From an uncultured Clostridia bacterium (GTDB lineage Bacteria; Bacillota; Clostridia; TANB77; CAG-508), in NCBI GenBank assembly GCA_934167835.1, contig CAKPLZ010000004.1, positions 84,593 to 116,592 of the forward strand: 32,000 bases of DNA, given 5' to 3'. Both the position numbers and the translations under genes were made by a program. Of the stretch, positions 1 to 12,160 are shown in pieces (position 1 is the first letter of the stretch; each line of letters opens with the position of its first letter). Below the pieces are notes generated by a model. It worked only from the letters and a program-made list of their open reading frames with translations. It was not told the DNA's origin and made no database searches.

Positions 1-45
1 CAATCTAAGAAAATTGAGGAACAGCTTGCACAAGAAGCTTCTTAA
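1..45 (+). CDS. 3' end of an unidentified CDS that continues upstream of the window
   Basis: Frame 1 reads QSKKIEEQLAQEAS and ends at TAA 43-45. It is too short to identify. Confidence 0.25.
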   Translation, partial: QSKKIEEQLAQEAS

Positions 46-181
46 AGTGATTTTTAAAATTAATCATTTTTGCGTAGGGTACATGAATGGTAGCAAAAAT
101 AATGGTGCTGAAAGCAAATTTTAAAAATCACTTGAGTACCCTGACCCTAAAAACTAACCCTAAAAAACTTAATTTTTAGGG
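45..181. repeat. Nested inverted and direct repeats in the intergenic region upstream of udk
   Basis: A perfect 16-nt inverted repeat, aagtgatttttaaaat (45-60) and attttaaaaatcactt (118-133). agggtac (76-82) can pair with gtaccct (136-142). A tandem ~13-nt direct repeat accctaaaaa(a)ct lies at 144-155 and 157-169. A 9-bp hairpin is formed by ccctaaaaa (158-166) and tttttaggg (173-181). Confidence 0.6.
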
Positions 182-293
182 CTAATGTTTAAAAAATTTG
201 GGGACATTTTCAAAAATCATTGACATACTTTTGGGCAATTCTTTTCTATTTTTGTTTCTGATAACGTTTATTGTAATATTTTGTCGTTTTTTA

Positions 294-322
294 TTGCATT
301 TCTTGTAAAATTAGTTTACAAT
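294..322 (+). promoter_or_regulatory. Candidate sigma-A promoter for udk
   Basis: TTGCAT (294-299), a 17-nt spacer, then TACAAT (317-322). It lies about 20 nt upstream of the GGAGG RBS. Confidence 0.4.
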
Positions 323-353
323 ATATATAGTTTATTTTTTGGAGGTTTTAATA

Positions 354-968
354 ATGGAACTTAATCCTATTTTAATTGGAATTGCAGGCGGAACTGGTTC
401 TGGTAAGAGTACTTTGGCTGATAATATTAGAAAAGAATTTGCAAATGATATTTCAATGCTTTCTCATGATTATTACTATAAAAGCCATTCTGACCTTTCT
501 TTTGACGAAAGAAAAAAATTGAATTTCGACCATCCTGATGCTTTTGATACTGACTTACTTATTGAACATTTAACTAAGCTAAAAAATGGTGAAACAATTT
601 ATAGACCTAATTATTCATTTGTTGACCATTTAAGAGAAGAACAAACTTTTGAAGTTGTTCCTAAGAAAGTTATAGTATTAGATGGTATTTTAATATTTGA
701 AAATAAAGAATTAAGAGATATGATGGATATTAAAATATTTGTAGACACAGATGCTGATATTCGCTTTATTAGAAGATTAGTTCGTGATGTTAGAGATAGA
801 GGACGTACTCTAGAATCTGTTATTGAGCAATATACAACAACTGTAAAACCTATGCATGAGCAGTTTGTTGAACCAAGTAAAAAATATGCTGATATTATTG
901 TTCCTGAAGGTGGATATAACCATGTTGCTTTAAATATGATTATAGAAAAAATTAGAAGTATTATTTAA
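354..968 (+). CDS. udk: Uridine kinase
   Basis: P-loop IGIAGGTGSGKST, and uridine/cytidine kinase-like sequence throughout (DHPDAFD, VLDGIL, FVDTDADIRFIRR). GGAGG at 341-345 lies 8 nt before ATG 354. The TTG at 339 used in the ORF track overlaps the RBS and is unlikely to be the start. Confidence 0.9.
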   Translation: MELNPILIGIAGGTGSGKSTLADNIRKEFANDISMLSHDYYYKSHSDLSFDERKKLNFDHPDAFDTDLLIEHLTKLKNGETIYRPNYSFVDHLREEQTFEVVPKKVIVLDGILIFENKELRDMMDIKIFVDTDADIRFIRRLVRDVRDRGRTLESVIEQYTTTVKPMHEQFVEPSKKYADIIVPEGGYNHVALNMIIEKIRSII

Positions 969-973
969 TTTCA

Positions 974-1009
974 AAAGAATCCGAAAATTTTATATTTCGG
1001 ATTCTTTTT
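974..1009. terminator. Bidirectional rho-independent terminator between the convergent udk and glucan-synthase genes
   Basis: aaaagaatccgaaa (974-987) pairs with tttcggattctttt (996-1009). A and T runs flank it on both sides. Confidence 0.7.
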
Positions 1010-1010
1010 A

Positions 1011-4000
1011 CTACATTTTTATTTCGATTTCATAAATTCCACCATCGTCATTCAAAACAATTTCTTTTTCCACAATCTCAACACCATTTAAGAAAAGCTT
1101 ATCAACACCTGTATTCTTTCCATTTTCGTTTTTTACTGTGATATTATATATGCTATTTTTATACCTATATTTTATTTTATACTCTTTCCATTCTTTAGGG
1201 ATGCATGGTTCTATTTTTAGCCTATTGTTTTTAATAACAAGTCCCAAAATATTTTCTATTCCTGCTTTATAAAACCAACTGCTAGAACCTGTATACCATG
1301 TCCACCCTCCACGACCTGCAAGGCTTTCAGCTCCATAAATATCTGCAGCAATTGTATATGGCTCAACTTTATATTTAATAGCCGTTTCTTTTGTTCTTGA
1401 ATGTTCAATAGGATTAATCATTCTGTAATATTCTAAAGCCTTATCACCAAACCCAAGTTTTGTATAGGCAATAATTGCCCAAATTGCAGCATGTGTGTAT
1501 TGCCCTCCATTTTCCCTTACTCCTGGTAAATAAGATTTAATGTAGCCTGGCTCAAGTTTGGTTTTATTAAATGGTGGATCTAATAATTTAATTATTCCGT
1601 TTTCCTTGTCTATTAAGTGATTTTCTAAGCTTTCCATAGATATATACTTTTTATCATTATCTGCCGCTCCTGATATTACTCCCCAACTTTGTGAAATACT
1701 ATCTATTCTGCATTCTTCATTATCAACACTTCCTATAGCTTCTCCCTTATCAGTAAACGCTCTTTTAAACCATCTTCCATCCCAACCATTATTATTTAAT
1801 GCTGTTTTTAATTTTTCTTTTACTCCGTTTATATTTTTCTGCTCTGTTTACGTCTTCCATTTTTTCACATATTGGAATAAATCTAGTTAAAATTTCATAC
1901 ATGAAAAAGCCTAGCCATACACTTTCGCCTTTTTTCTTGTTACCTACTGTGTTTAGTCCATCATTCCAGTCTCCTGAGCCTATTTTAGGCAATCCATTTT
2001 CTCCAAAATTTAATGATCTTTCTATTGCCTTTATGCAATGTTCATATATAGTTCCTTTTATTTCTGCTTCCTCATATTTATCATATCTTTCATCTATTCC
2101 ATCTTCTAGTTCATTTCCTTTTAAATACGGTGTTTCTTCTTTTAAAATACTTACATCTCCTGTATATTCAATATATTCAGATACAACATAGCATAACCAT
2201 AATAAATCATCTGAAAATCTTGTTCTTATTCCTCTTTGGGTTTCCTCATGCCACCAGTGTTCCACATCTCCTTCAATAAATTGATGTCTACTTTGCACTA
2301 GTATTTGCTCTTTCATGAGCTCTGGTTCTATATATTTAATACCTAAAGTGTCTTGAAGCTGGTCTCTAAAACCTATTGCTCCTCCTGACTGGTAATACCC
2401 TGTTCTTCCCCAAAGCCTTGAAACTATAGTTTGATACACAGCCCATCCATTTAGCATTATATTCATTGATTCTAATGGAGTTTTAACTTGTATTCTTGTT
2501 AATAGTTCATACCAGAAATTTATTACTTTATTTAATTCCTCTTTTGCCTTTGATATATTTGAATATTTATATGCTATATCTTTTACATTTATCTCATTAC
2601 TGTCCTCTCCTAAAAATAGAGTAATTTCTTTTGTTTCATACTGTCCAAGTTCAACTTCTAGTTCAATAGCTATGCATGAATTTTCACCAAGTCCGCTTGA
2701 ATTTCCAAGAGCCACTTTATTTAAAGCCTGTGGCTCATCTATTTTTCCGTTTCCTACAAATACATTTTTGCTTCCTGTATATGATTTTATTTTTTCGCTA
2801 CTTCCAACATAAGCAATATCCCCTTTAAAATTGTCTGTATAAAGGTTTTTGGCTATTACAACATTATTAGACATTCCTACATCGATATATCCATTTGTTT
2901 GTATTTCATCTTCTCCAAGTACTGGTTTTATATAATATAATAATTTTAATTTTTTCTTTTGACCAGACGTATTGGTTAATTTTATAATATTTATTTTGAT
3001 TCTATCTTCTTTTGCAACAAAGCTTTCTATTTCGTGTAAAATTTGATTTTTAAATGTTTTTTCCACAACATACCCGAAACCCATAAGTTAGGTGATATTC
3101 TTGTGGTTCATGCACTAAATTTTCGTTTAAACACCACGTATTGCCTGTTTCCTTATCTTTTATATAAATTATTTCCGATGGAATATCAATATTGCTATTA
3201 TTATTCCATGCAGATAATCTGTTTAATCTGCTGTTTTGATTCCATGTAAATCCACCTAAATTTTGTGTTATTAGTGTACCAAAGTTTTTATTTGCCAAAA
3301 TATTGCTCCATGCTGTTGGTAGTTTATGAAATTTACTTATTTTCATTTTATATTCTAATCCATTTTCTGTGAATCCACCATAATCATTATTATATTTTAA
3401 ATCATTATAGTTTTCATTTAAAGTTTCCATTTCACCATTTGGAATATATATTTTCTTTTCTTCATCACCAATATTTTTTAAGCTTTCTTCATACTCTTCT
3501 TCTAAATCTTTAAGCTGCATTTCTATATTTCCAGATGATGCATCTAGTTCTAAATTGCATCTAAATTCCAGTAAATCAGCTTCTTCTTTAGTAATTTCCT
3601 TTTTGTTAATTACAAAAATTCCTCCATAAACATTTTTTAAAAATGTTAATTGGCTATTTTGAATTTCGTCTTCTATTTCAAATTTTATAAAATGCTCATA
3701 GCTGTTTCTTTCTTCGTTTAAAATTACTAAATCTATTTTTATATTTTTGCTTCTAAAAAACTCCATTGCTTTCAATGCATCTTTTATTACATGCATATCA
3801 TTTACATCTTTAATTTTTATAAGGAGAATCGGCAAATCGCCTGATATTCCAAACTTCCAAAGTTCACTTTGTGAATATACCCTTTTAGGTAGCTTTTCTA
3901 ATACTATTTTCTTCATCTGGTTTTTTAATATTAACAAGCTAAGCATTTTTTGGTATTTATGAATATCTTCCCCTTTAAGTCCTAAATATATTGCTTCCGC

Positions 4001-7000
4001 TTCCATCTTTGCTCTTGATAATTCAAAAGCCTGCTCCACTGCATTTGTATTAGAATAATCCTTAAGTAACTTTTGGGCTCTGTCCTCTTCATATTCTACT
4101 GTTATTATAAGGTCTAATACAGCTGTTTCACTTGGCAATATTTTGACTGTTTTCTTTATGGCAAGGCACGGGTCTACTACAAGGCCGAGATTTTTAGAAA
4201 ATGGTTTTGAGTTTTCAATAGCCTCAGGAATTCCAATATTACCTTGCCCCATAAATTTTTCTTTATCTATTTCATATTCTATATCTCCAACTGTTTCACT
4301 CTCTGTATTAAATCCAACTGATGCATATATATCCTTTTGTTTGTCTCCACGTTTTTTTCTTTTTATTATTATATTTCCATCATCTGATTCTTTAAATGTT
4401 AAAAACAAATTATTAAAAGCTGTATGTGCATAATCTTGGAGTTCTGTAGATAATACTGGTTCAAAATATGCTGTTATTTCAAGTGTTTCTACATTGTTTC
4501 CATTATTTGTTAATTCCAGTCTCCTAATTTCAACTGGGTCTTCTGGTGCTACTGTTATTTTTGTTTTTACAGTTATACTGCCTTCTGTTTTAATATATTG
4601 TGTTTTATCTGGCGCAAATGTTACCTTTCCATTATTTCTTGGATTATTTGAATATATTTGTCTTGTTCTTAAATTTTTGATGTATACTTGAATTCCTTGG
4701 TCATAATCCGCAGTTTCCTTATATCTATTAATTAATAGATTATCAAATTTACTATATCCATTTCCATTTAAAGTTGATACTATTGTATATTTACCATTTG
4801 ATAAAACATTTGATAAATTAAAAGCTGTATTAATTTTTGTATACGTTTTTTCTGTGTAATTATTATAATTTTGCATCTTAATTTTTTGAACTTTTTCCTT
4901 GTTTTCCTTTGTTATTATTGCTTTTTCTGGCATTCTTTCTTGCAGTAAAACATCCACTGCTTCTATTTCTGGGTTATTGCTGAATCTTTTTACCAAAACC
5001 ATGTCATTTAGCACATTATTTATTGATAACAATATAAGTCCCTGGTGATGCGCCATATATGTTTTTACAGGTTCATATATTTTGCCATATTTTAGTCTAG
5101 ATACAGTATAATCTATTGATTCATAAAAGCCATATTTTCCATACATTTCCTGTTTTTTTAATTTTTTTAAATTTTCTATTCCTCCATTTAAATCATACAT
5201 TAAACTTAAAAATATTCCATAAGATGATACAACCATATCTTCTTCCAGACCTCTTTTTAAGCCAAGCCAAGGTATTCCAAAGGCTTTGTATTGATAGTTA
5301 TTATTTAAGTCTCTTAGATTAAATGCCGCTTCTGAAATGCCCCAAGGTATACCAAGTTCTTTTGCATAAGCTTTTTGGCTCATTAGCATAAATCTACATG
5401 ATTCATCTAATAAACTTCCCTTATAAGTTTGTATGTTTATATTTGGCATTAAATACTCAAATGCAGTTCCTGACCATGATATAAGCCCTTTATATTTATT
5501 AAGAGAAGTAAGAGTTCTGCTTAATGTGCCCCAATGTTTTGCAGGTACATCTTTTTTGGCTATAGCAACAAGACTTGCTTGCCTTGCTTCTGATGCTAAT
5601 AAGTCATAATATGAATCTGTTAGTTTGTTTTCCTCAACATTAAAGCCAATTGAAAAAATACGTTTTTTAAAATCATATAGCACACTAAAATCTGTGTTTT
5701 CTATTAATTCACTTATTTTGTTTATTAAATCTGTTTCATTGCTTTTATTTTCTATTATAAATTGTTTTAAGGTATATAAATATCCTACAAAATTTCCACT
5801 ATCTACTGTTGAAATATATCTTGGAATTAGTGGTTTTAATGTTATTGTGTTATACCAATTATATAAATGTCCATTCCATTTTGAAAGTCTTTCGATGGTT
5901 TCAATTGTTTTTCTTATTAAGTCCATTGCCTTTTCTAGACTAATTAATCCTAAATCGTAACTTGAACAAACTGCCAAAAGACCTAGACCAATATTAGTTG
6001 GGGATGTTCTATGTGCAATTTTTTCTTTTCTGTCTTCTTGATAATTATCTGGGGGTAAAAAGTTGTTTTCCTCATTAATATTATCTTCAAAAAAGCTCCA
6101 AGTTTTTCTTGCAACTTCCATACAAAATTCTTTATTTTCCCTATTTATTCTTTCAACTATCTTTTCTTCCTTTTTTTCTTGGCTTACATACCACCCAATA
6201 AAAGGACCTGAAATAAATAAGACTCCTAAAATTAAAAATATTATTTTAGAACTTAGTATAGTAATTATTATTAATGCCAATCCCAATATTATATTAGATT
6301 TTAATAAGTTTATATATGTCAAAAGTGTATTTTTACTTTGTTTTTCTGCTTCTTCAGCAGTTGTCCATTCCAATAAGTTCTGTTTTGTAAAATTCATTCT
6401 GTATATAGTTTTAACAATTGCATTTAAGTTTGTGTATGCTTTAATGGGCAAGAATACTATTTCCAAAAATCCTCTAATTATTGTTGTTTTTATTCCACTT
6501 AGTGATTTTAAAATGCTTTTATGTGCTGATATAAATTCAGAATTTACACTTTTTTTAAATATAATATAGTTTGCAATATCTAATATTGTTGGTGATGTTA
6601 ATGCAATTATCCCTATAGCTATTTCCTGCCCATAAGGCATTTTAAAAAAGGCTAAAATGGCTGCAATTATAAGCAGTGTAAGAGCAGTAATTGAAACTAA
6701 ACTTCTTCTTAGATTATCTAAAATTTTAAATTTAGATAATGAATTTAATGGGTTAATTTTCTTCTCATTATTTTTTACTTTTATATTCTTTGTTGCCCAT
6801 GAGGCTATTTGCCAATCTCCTCTTACCCATCTATTTTGCCTTGATAGATAACTATTTAATTTAGATGGAAAACCATCTAATAATAAAATATCTGTTGCCA
6901 AACCACATCTTAAATAACTTCCTTCTAGCAAATCATGGCTTAGTACTGTATTTTCTGGGATTTCATTTGATAAAATATTATGAAAAACTTCTAAATCATA

Positions 7001-9142
7001 AATTCCTTTCCCGGTAAATATTCCTTCTCCAAAATTATCTTGGTATATATCTGATATTGCATTTGTATAAAAGTCTGTTCCTCCTGGCCCTGCATATATT
7101 TTTGTAAATAAACTTTTTCGGCTTGATATTAAATCTATTCCAATTCGTGGTTGAATTAATGCATGTCCTTGTGTTACTATATTTCTGGTTTTATCTATTA
7201 CTGGTTTATTTAAAACATGTGCCATTGCTCCTATTAGTTCTTTTGCTGAACCTAATGTTAAGTTTGTATCAGAATCTAGTGTTATTACATATTTGATATT
7301 TAGCTTTTCTTTTATTGTATTTGTTCTAAAGCAATTATTTCCAGTAAGTAAAAAATCATTAAACTGGCATAGCATTCCTCTTTTTCTTTCCCAACCTAAA
7401 TAGCATTTTTCTCCTTTGCTCCATGTTCTATTTCTATAAAGAAAGAAAAATTTTTCTTTTTGATTTTTTGCATACTTTTGGTTTAATATCTTAGATTGCT
7501 TTATTCCTTCTTCAATTATCTCGGAGTCGAAAGTTTCTATTTCTTTTTTAGATGATGTGCAATCCCCAAGTAGCGCAAAATAAAGGTTTTCATCTTTGTT
7601 GGCCCAATAATACACTTCAATTTTTTTGAATAATTCTTGTACTTTTTCTTTACTTGAAAGTATCGTTGGGATTACTACAATGGTACTGTTTTTTTCTTCA
7701 ATTCCACCAGATAGTGAAAGCTTTGGAATAGGTTTTGGTTTTACTGTTTTTACTAAAATATAGTTAATTATTTGAATTACTATCTCTGAAATTGGAATAA
7801 CTGCAAACAAAGCAATTACCACAGAAAGCCCTGTTCCGATTTTATTGTGCATACAGCAAAATGTTAAAACGCTTAAAATAAATGTTAGTAAATATATATA
7901 TGTTATATATTTTATAGGTGTTAGCTTGTATCTTTTTTCTTTCAATCCTAATTTACTATATAATACATTTTCTCCGTTATCTATTAGATAATAACCAATA
8001 TGGCGTTTTTTCAAACTCCTTCCATTTTGAGCCAATTCAAGCGTTTTTTTGGCAATATATATTTCTGAAATTTTAGTTTTTTCAGATAATTCTTTTATTT
8101 TATTTCTATATATTTCTTTAGTTTTATAATCCATTTTTTCATATACATCTGCTGGGTCTTGTTTTAGTATTTCTTCAACTCCATTAATCTTCTCAAATAA
8201 TTCTAGGAAGTTGATTCTTTTAATTTCTCTTATTGATGTTATACTATTGCCCATTAAGACTTTTTGAATTGCTATATCAAAATGCTCTTTTCTGATAACA
8301 TCTGAAGCTGTTAGACCTAGCTTATTTACTTGTTCTTCTAATACAGCAAGAAAGCTGTTTCCTATTTTTCCATATTTTTTAAGTTTGTATGACATATATT
8401 CTATAAATGGATAGCTTGAATTTTGGTATAGTTTGGTGTTTTCTTTTATTTTCTTGTATTCTTGGTGAGCGCTATCTTTCTTTTCTATCAATCGTTCTAC
8501 AATTTCTTCTACTTTATATTTTTGTATTTGACTTATATATATTTTCTCACATATTCCCCTTATATTTTCTATTATGGCCAAGTCTAAGAATACTCTCAAA
8601 TTCCAGATTTCTTCCATGCTTAAAGATTTTTTTCTTTTATATGCAAGTAAGCTTGAGTTTAATACTTCATCATCAATTTTATTATCTGTATATGCAACAA
8701 TTTCTGTTGCCAAAACATATATTCTTGCAAATCCTTTATATGTGCCATTGCTTATTCCTTGAAATTTTTTATATTTTTTCTCGCTTAATGTATTTGTTAT
8801 ATTCTTTACTGTTTCTTCTATAATATAGAAATTATCTAAAAGCCATTCTCCTGCTGGATGTATACTAATTTTTCTTTTTATATGTTCATTTAATATGTTA
8901 TATGTTTTTTGGATAAACTTAAAATTTTCTTGTAGTCTATTTATTGGATATGTTTTTATGTCTGATGTTGGTGATATTTCATAACTTACAGCAATTTTTT
9001 CCATATAACTTTGTAATTGCTCTCTATTTAAATTTGTTCCTTTAATATTTAAATATCTATTATTTTTCAATTTAAAAACCTCTCTATTGGTAAAAATATA
9101 TAATTTATACATATTTTTACCTGTAGAAAGGTTTTTATACAT
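1011..9142 (-). CDS. Cyclic beta-1,2-glucan synthase-like giant protein (about 2709 aa) with an N-terminal region, a membrane-embedded glycosyltransferase and a C-terminal GH94 phosphorylase-like domain. It needs two +1 shifts at CGG.
   Basis: Three track ORFs (3050-9142, 1792-3084, 1011-1637) are collinear pieces of one protein. Glycosyltransferase motifs are VITLDSDT, SHDLLEG and RWVRGDWQ, flanked by TM clusters. The C-terminus is GH94-like (TYGF-G-YVVEK, NGWDGRWFKRAF, ECRIDSISQSWGVISGAA). Segments 9142-3077, 3075-1828 and 1826-1011 are each exact multiples of 3. The start is uncertain: ATG 9142, ATG 9112, or a TTG near 9067 preceded by GAGAGG. Confidence 0.8.
1825..1827 (-). other. In-frame CGG at a +1 frame junction (glucan synthase, site 2)
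   Basis: The coding strand reads AAA CGG A. The zero frame stops 10 codons later (1792-1794). The +1 frame reads GGA GTA AAA, giving G-VKEKLKTALNNNGWDGRWF, and stays open to 1011. Confidence 0.9.
3074..3076 (-). other. In-frame CGG at a +1 frame junction (glucan synthase, site 1)
   Basis: The coding strand reads TTT CGG G. The zero frame stops 7 codons later (3050-3052). The +1 frame reads GGG TAT GTT, giving YGF-G-YVVEKTF. Confidence 0.9.
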
Positions 9143-9152
9143 GAATTTAATT

Positions 9153-9920
9153 TTATTTAAGATATAACTTAGGATCTTGCGTTTCTTCGTTTTTTAGTAG
9201 TTCAAAATGTAAATGTGGTTCATCCGCAATTTCGAAAGCTGCTGAATTTCCTATTGTTCCTAAGCTTTGGCCTTTGCTTACTGTTTCTCCTTCTTTTACA
9301 AATTCAGTGGTTAACAGATTTGAATATACAGTTTTGAACCCATCACTATGTTCTATTATTATTGTAAGACCATATCTTGGGTCATTTTTTATAGCCTTTA
9401 CTGTTCCTTCTTCTGCTGATTTTACAACTGTTGTTCTTGGAGCTTTTATGTCTATTCCTTTATGAACTATCCATTCTTGTAAAGTTGCTGAATAAACTAA
9501 ATTATCAATTGCAAACTCCTTAATTATTTCTCCTTCAACTGGTTTCATAAACTCTAATTCTTTTTTTACTGGTTCTTCTATTACTGGTTGTTCAGGCTCT
9601 TCTGTTTTTTCTTCTGCAGTTATATTTACATTATTTTCAGTATTTGTTTCTACCTCATTTTGTTCTTGATTGCTATTATTATTTGTTTCTTCAATAACCT
9701 CATTAATTGTTTTTCCAAGTTCTGCACTTGCTTCTTCTAATAAGTTGTTATTTGGTACCACATCATTAATTATTTGTGCTGAAATTAAACTTTGCTTTGC
9801 TGATTCCTTTATTTTGTTATTGTATACTGTATATACAATTAAGCATGTTACAAGCAAAACTAGTAAAACCCCTCCATAAGCTAACAATACTTTTTTTAAA
9901 CCATTATTCGATTTTCTCAT
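9153..9920 (-). CDS. M23/LytM family metallopeptidase with an N-terminal TM anchor. SpoIIQ-like by position, directly downstream of spoIID.
   Basis: TM segment VLLAYGGVLLVLLVTCLIVYTVY. The LytM motifs HKGIDI (HxxxD) and HLHFE (HxH) are intact. The GGAGGA RBS lies 7 nt before the ATG. The SpoIIQ assignment rests on synteny only. Confidence 0.75.
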   Translation of the reverse strand: MRKSNNGLKKVLLAYGGVLLVLLVTCLIVYTVYNNKIKESAKQSLISAQIINDVVPNNNLLEEASAELGKTINEVIEETNNNSNQEQNEVETNTENNVNITAEEKTEEPEQPVIEEPVKKELEFMKPVEGEIIKEFAIDNLVYSATLQEWIVHKGIDIKAPRTTVVKSAEEGTVKAIKNDPRYGLTIIIEHSDGFKTVYSNLLTTEFVKEGETVSKGQSLGTIGNSAAFEIADEPHLHFELLKNEETQDPKLYLK

Positions 9921-9979
9921 TTGGACTTCCTCCTTTAAATATCTTTAGTTTAATTATGTACCTATTTTTTTGAAGTTAT

Positions 9980-10982
9980 TCAAATATTTTCTATTTTTAC
10001 ATCTGTATAATAATGGTTTATTATTTGCTCAGCTGTTGCACCCGTTTTTGCCATGGCATCTGCTCCTGTTTGGCTTAATCCTACTCCATGCCCATATCCA
10101 ACAACATTAAAGCTTATATTTTCCCCAACTTCAATACTGAATTTGGCTGATTTTAGCCCAAATATTGTTCTTGCTTCAACTCCTGAAATATTAATATTAC
10201 CAACCTTTAATGTTTTTACTCTTCCACTTTCTGTGTATTCTGTTATTTGTATTGGGTTTTCTTCATTCCAGTCTATTATAATTTCTGGGTGTGCTGCTTG
10301 TAATTTTTCTTGAAATTCTTGTTTTGTTAAAGTTATATTTGAACTATATTGGGTATATACATCTTCACCAGATGTTGCAACGCTTTGCAAGTATGGATAG
10401 TCTGTTCCTCCCCATACATTGCTTACCTTTTCTGTTGTTCCGCCACTATTTGAGTGGAAAAATGCATTTATTGGTTCTCCATTGTATGTTATAATTTTAC
10501 CTAATGTTTCTTTTACTGCTGTTTCGATTTTGTTCCAATTATTTTCTTTTTCAGCTTCGTTCCATCTAGCTAGTCTGTTCTCCTTAGATATCCATGCTTG
10601 GCAGCACTTTGAATCATCACATATATCGGCATTTTCATGCTTACTTCCTTTATACATTTTATAGGCTGTATATGTTCTTGCAACAATTGCTTGTGCTTTT
10701 AGCGCTTCTATCTCAAAATTTGCAGGCATTTCTGCTGAAACAACTCCGCAGTAAATATTCTTCCATTGATATTGTTTCAACTTCTCCTGTTGAGTTATGT
10801 AGTAGTTTTACTGTGCCATATTCTTTTGTTTTATAAGGTTCTACTGTTTCCTGTTCTATTTTGTTGTTCTCTTCAGTGGCTAACGCAGGTGTATCATCTT
10901 TTTGAGGTTTATTGGTAAAAACCACAGGAATTGTTGAACATATTAAAACAAATAAAAAAATATATAATACTATTTTTTTCAT
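9980..10982 (-). CDS. spoIID: Stage II sporulation protein D (lytic transglycosylase). Needs one +1 shift at CGG.
   Basis: Signal/TM peptide MKKIVLYIFLFVLICS. SpoIID motifs GVVSAEMPA, EALKAQAIVARTY, FHSNSGGTTE and GHGVGLSQ. GGAGGG RBS before ATG 10982. Segments 10982-10749 and 10747-9980 are both multiples of 3, giving 333 aa. Confidence 0.88.
10746..10748 (-). other. In-frame CGG at a +1 frame junction (spoIID)
   Basis: The coding strand reads CTG CGG A. The zero frame stops 10 codons later. The +1 frame gives EEYLL-G-VVSAEMPANFEIEALKAQ. Confidence 0.9.
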
Positions 10983-10993
10983 ATTTCCCTCCA

Positions 10994-11710
10994 TTATGCA
11001 ATTTTTTTTCGCATTTCTGTAAGTATTTTTTTCTCTGTTCTTGAAATTTGCACTTGACTTACTCCTAATATCTTTGCGACTTCGTTTTGGGTTTTTCCTT
11101 TGAAATATCTAAGTATTATAATTTGTTTTTCCTTTGAATTTAATTCATCTATTAATTCTTGTATACATATTTTGTTTATTGTATTTTCGGTTTCATCTTT
11201 ATTTAAACTTATTCTTGATATTTTAGTTTCTCCTGCTTGCTCATCATATATTTCTTCATCAATTGATTCTGGTCTTCTTATTGCATCTAATGCAACTATT
11301 ATTTCTTCTTTGCTCACATTCAGCATGCTTGCAAGCTCAGTTATTTGTAGTTCTTCTCCTTTTTTTACAATATTTTGTCTTTGTATCTCATTAATTTTTG
11401 TTGCTAACTCTTTTACACTTCTACTTACTTTTATTGGGCCATCGTCTCTTATAAATTTTTTTATTTCTCCAATTATATATGGTACTGAATAGGTTGTTAT
11501 TTTCACATTATAACTTTCATCAAATCTTTGTATTGCTTTTATTAATCCAATGCATCCTATTTGGTATAAGTCTTCTTGCAAATGTCCTCTTCCAGAAAAT
11601 CTTTTTACTATGCTCCAAATCAAACCCGTATTAGCTTCTATTATTTTTTCAAGAGCTTCTTTGGATTTGTTCTGTGCCATTTTTATATCTTCTGTATTTA
11701 TCTCGTACAT
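10994..11710 (-). CDS. sigF: Sporulation sigma factor SigF
   Basis: Sigma-70 regions 2-4 (LIWSIVKRF, DLYQIGCIGLIKAIQRFD, the C-terminal HTH TQNEVAKILGVSQVQISR). It is the third gene after spoIIAA-spoIIAB. Confidence 0.88.
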   Translation of the reverse strand: MYEINTEDIKMAQNKSKEALEKIIEANTGLIWSIVKRFSGRGHLQEDLYQIGCIGLIKAIQRFDESYNVKITTYSVPYIIGEIKKFIRDDGPIKVSRSVKELATKINEIQRQNIVKKGEELQITELASMLNVSKEEIIVALDAIRRPESIDEEIYDEQAGETKISRISLNKDETENTINKICIQELIDELNSKEKQIIILRYFKGKTQNEVAKILGVSQVQISRTEKKILTEMRKKIA

Positions 11711-11728
11711 ATTGCCCCCTGATTATAT

Positions 11729-12160
11729 TTAATCCTTAATTACTTTTTTCATTGTAATTTTTGTGCCCATTCCTAAAATTGATTCAACTTTTAATTCATC
11801 CATAAAGCTTTCCATTATGGTAAAGCCCATTCCTGACCTTTCTAATTCTGGTTTTGTAGTATAAAGCGGAGTTTTTGCTTTTTCTATATTTTCAATTCCT
11901 TTGCCATTATCTGTTATAATAATTTCAATTGTTTTTTGAGATAATGTACATTCTATTTTTATTGTTCCTTCTTTGCTCTCATACCCATGAATTATACAAT
12001 TTGTAACAGCCTCAGAAACTGCTGTTTTAATATCGGAAATTTCTTCTATGCTCGGATCTAATTGTGAAGCAAAACTTGCTACTGTAATTCTGGCAAAAGC
12101 TTCGTTGCATGACTTACTTTCAAATTCTAATTTCATTTTATTATCATACACATTTTCCAA
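11729..12160 (-). CDS. spoIIAB: Anti-sigma F factor (serine protein kinase)
   Basis: HATPase_c-type motifs ([24 protein letters not shown]). TTG start at 12160 with a GGAGGA RBS 7 nt upstream. Overlaps the end of spoIIAA. Confidence 0.88.
   Translation of the reverse strand: MENVYDNKMKLEFESKSCNEAFARITVASFASQLDPSIEEISDIKTAVSEAVTNCIIHGYESKEGTIKIECTLSQKTIEIIITDNGKGIENIEKAKTPLYTTKPELERSGMGFTIMESFMDELKVESILGMGTKITMKKVIKD

Noticed and set aside
10983-10994. The spoIID start at ATG 10994, overlapping the sigF stop (MEGNMKK...)
   Set aside because: The GGAGGG in that stretch is positioned as the RBS for ATG 10982 (MKKIVLY..., a typical signal/TM start). The upstream ATG has no RBS of its own.
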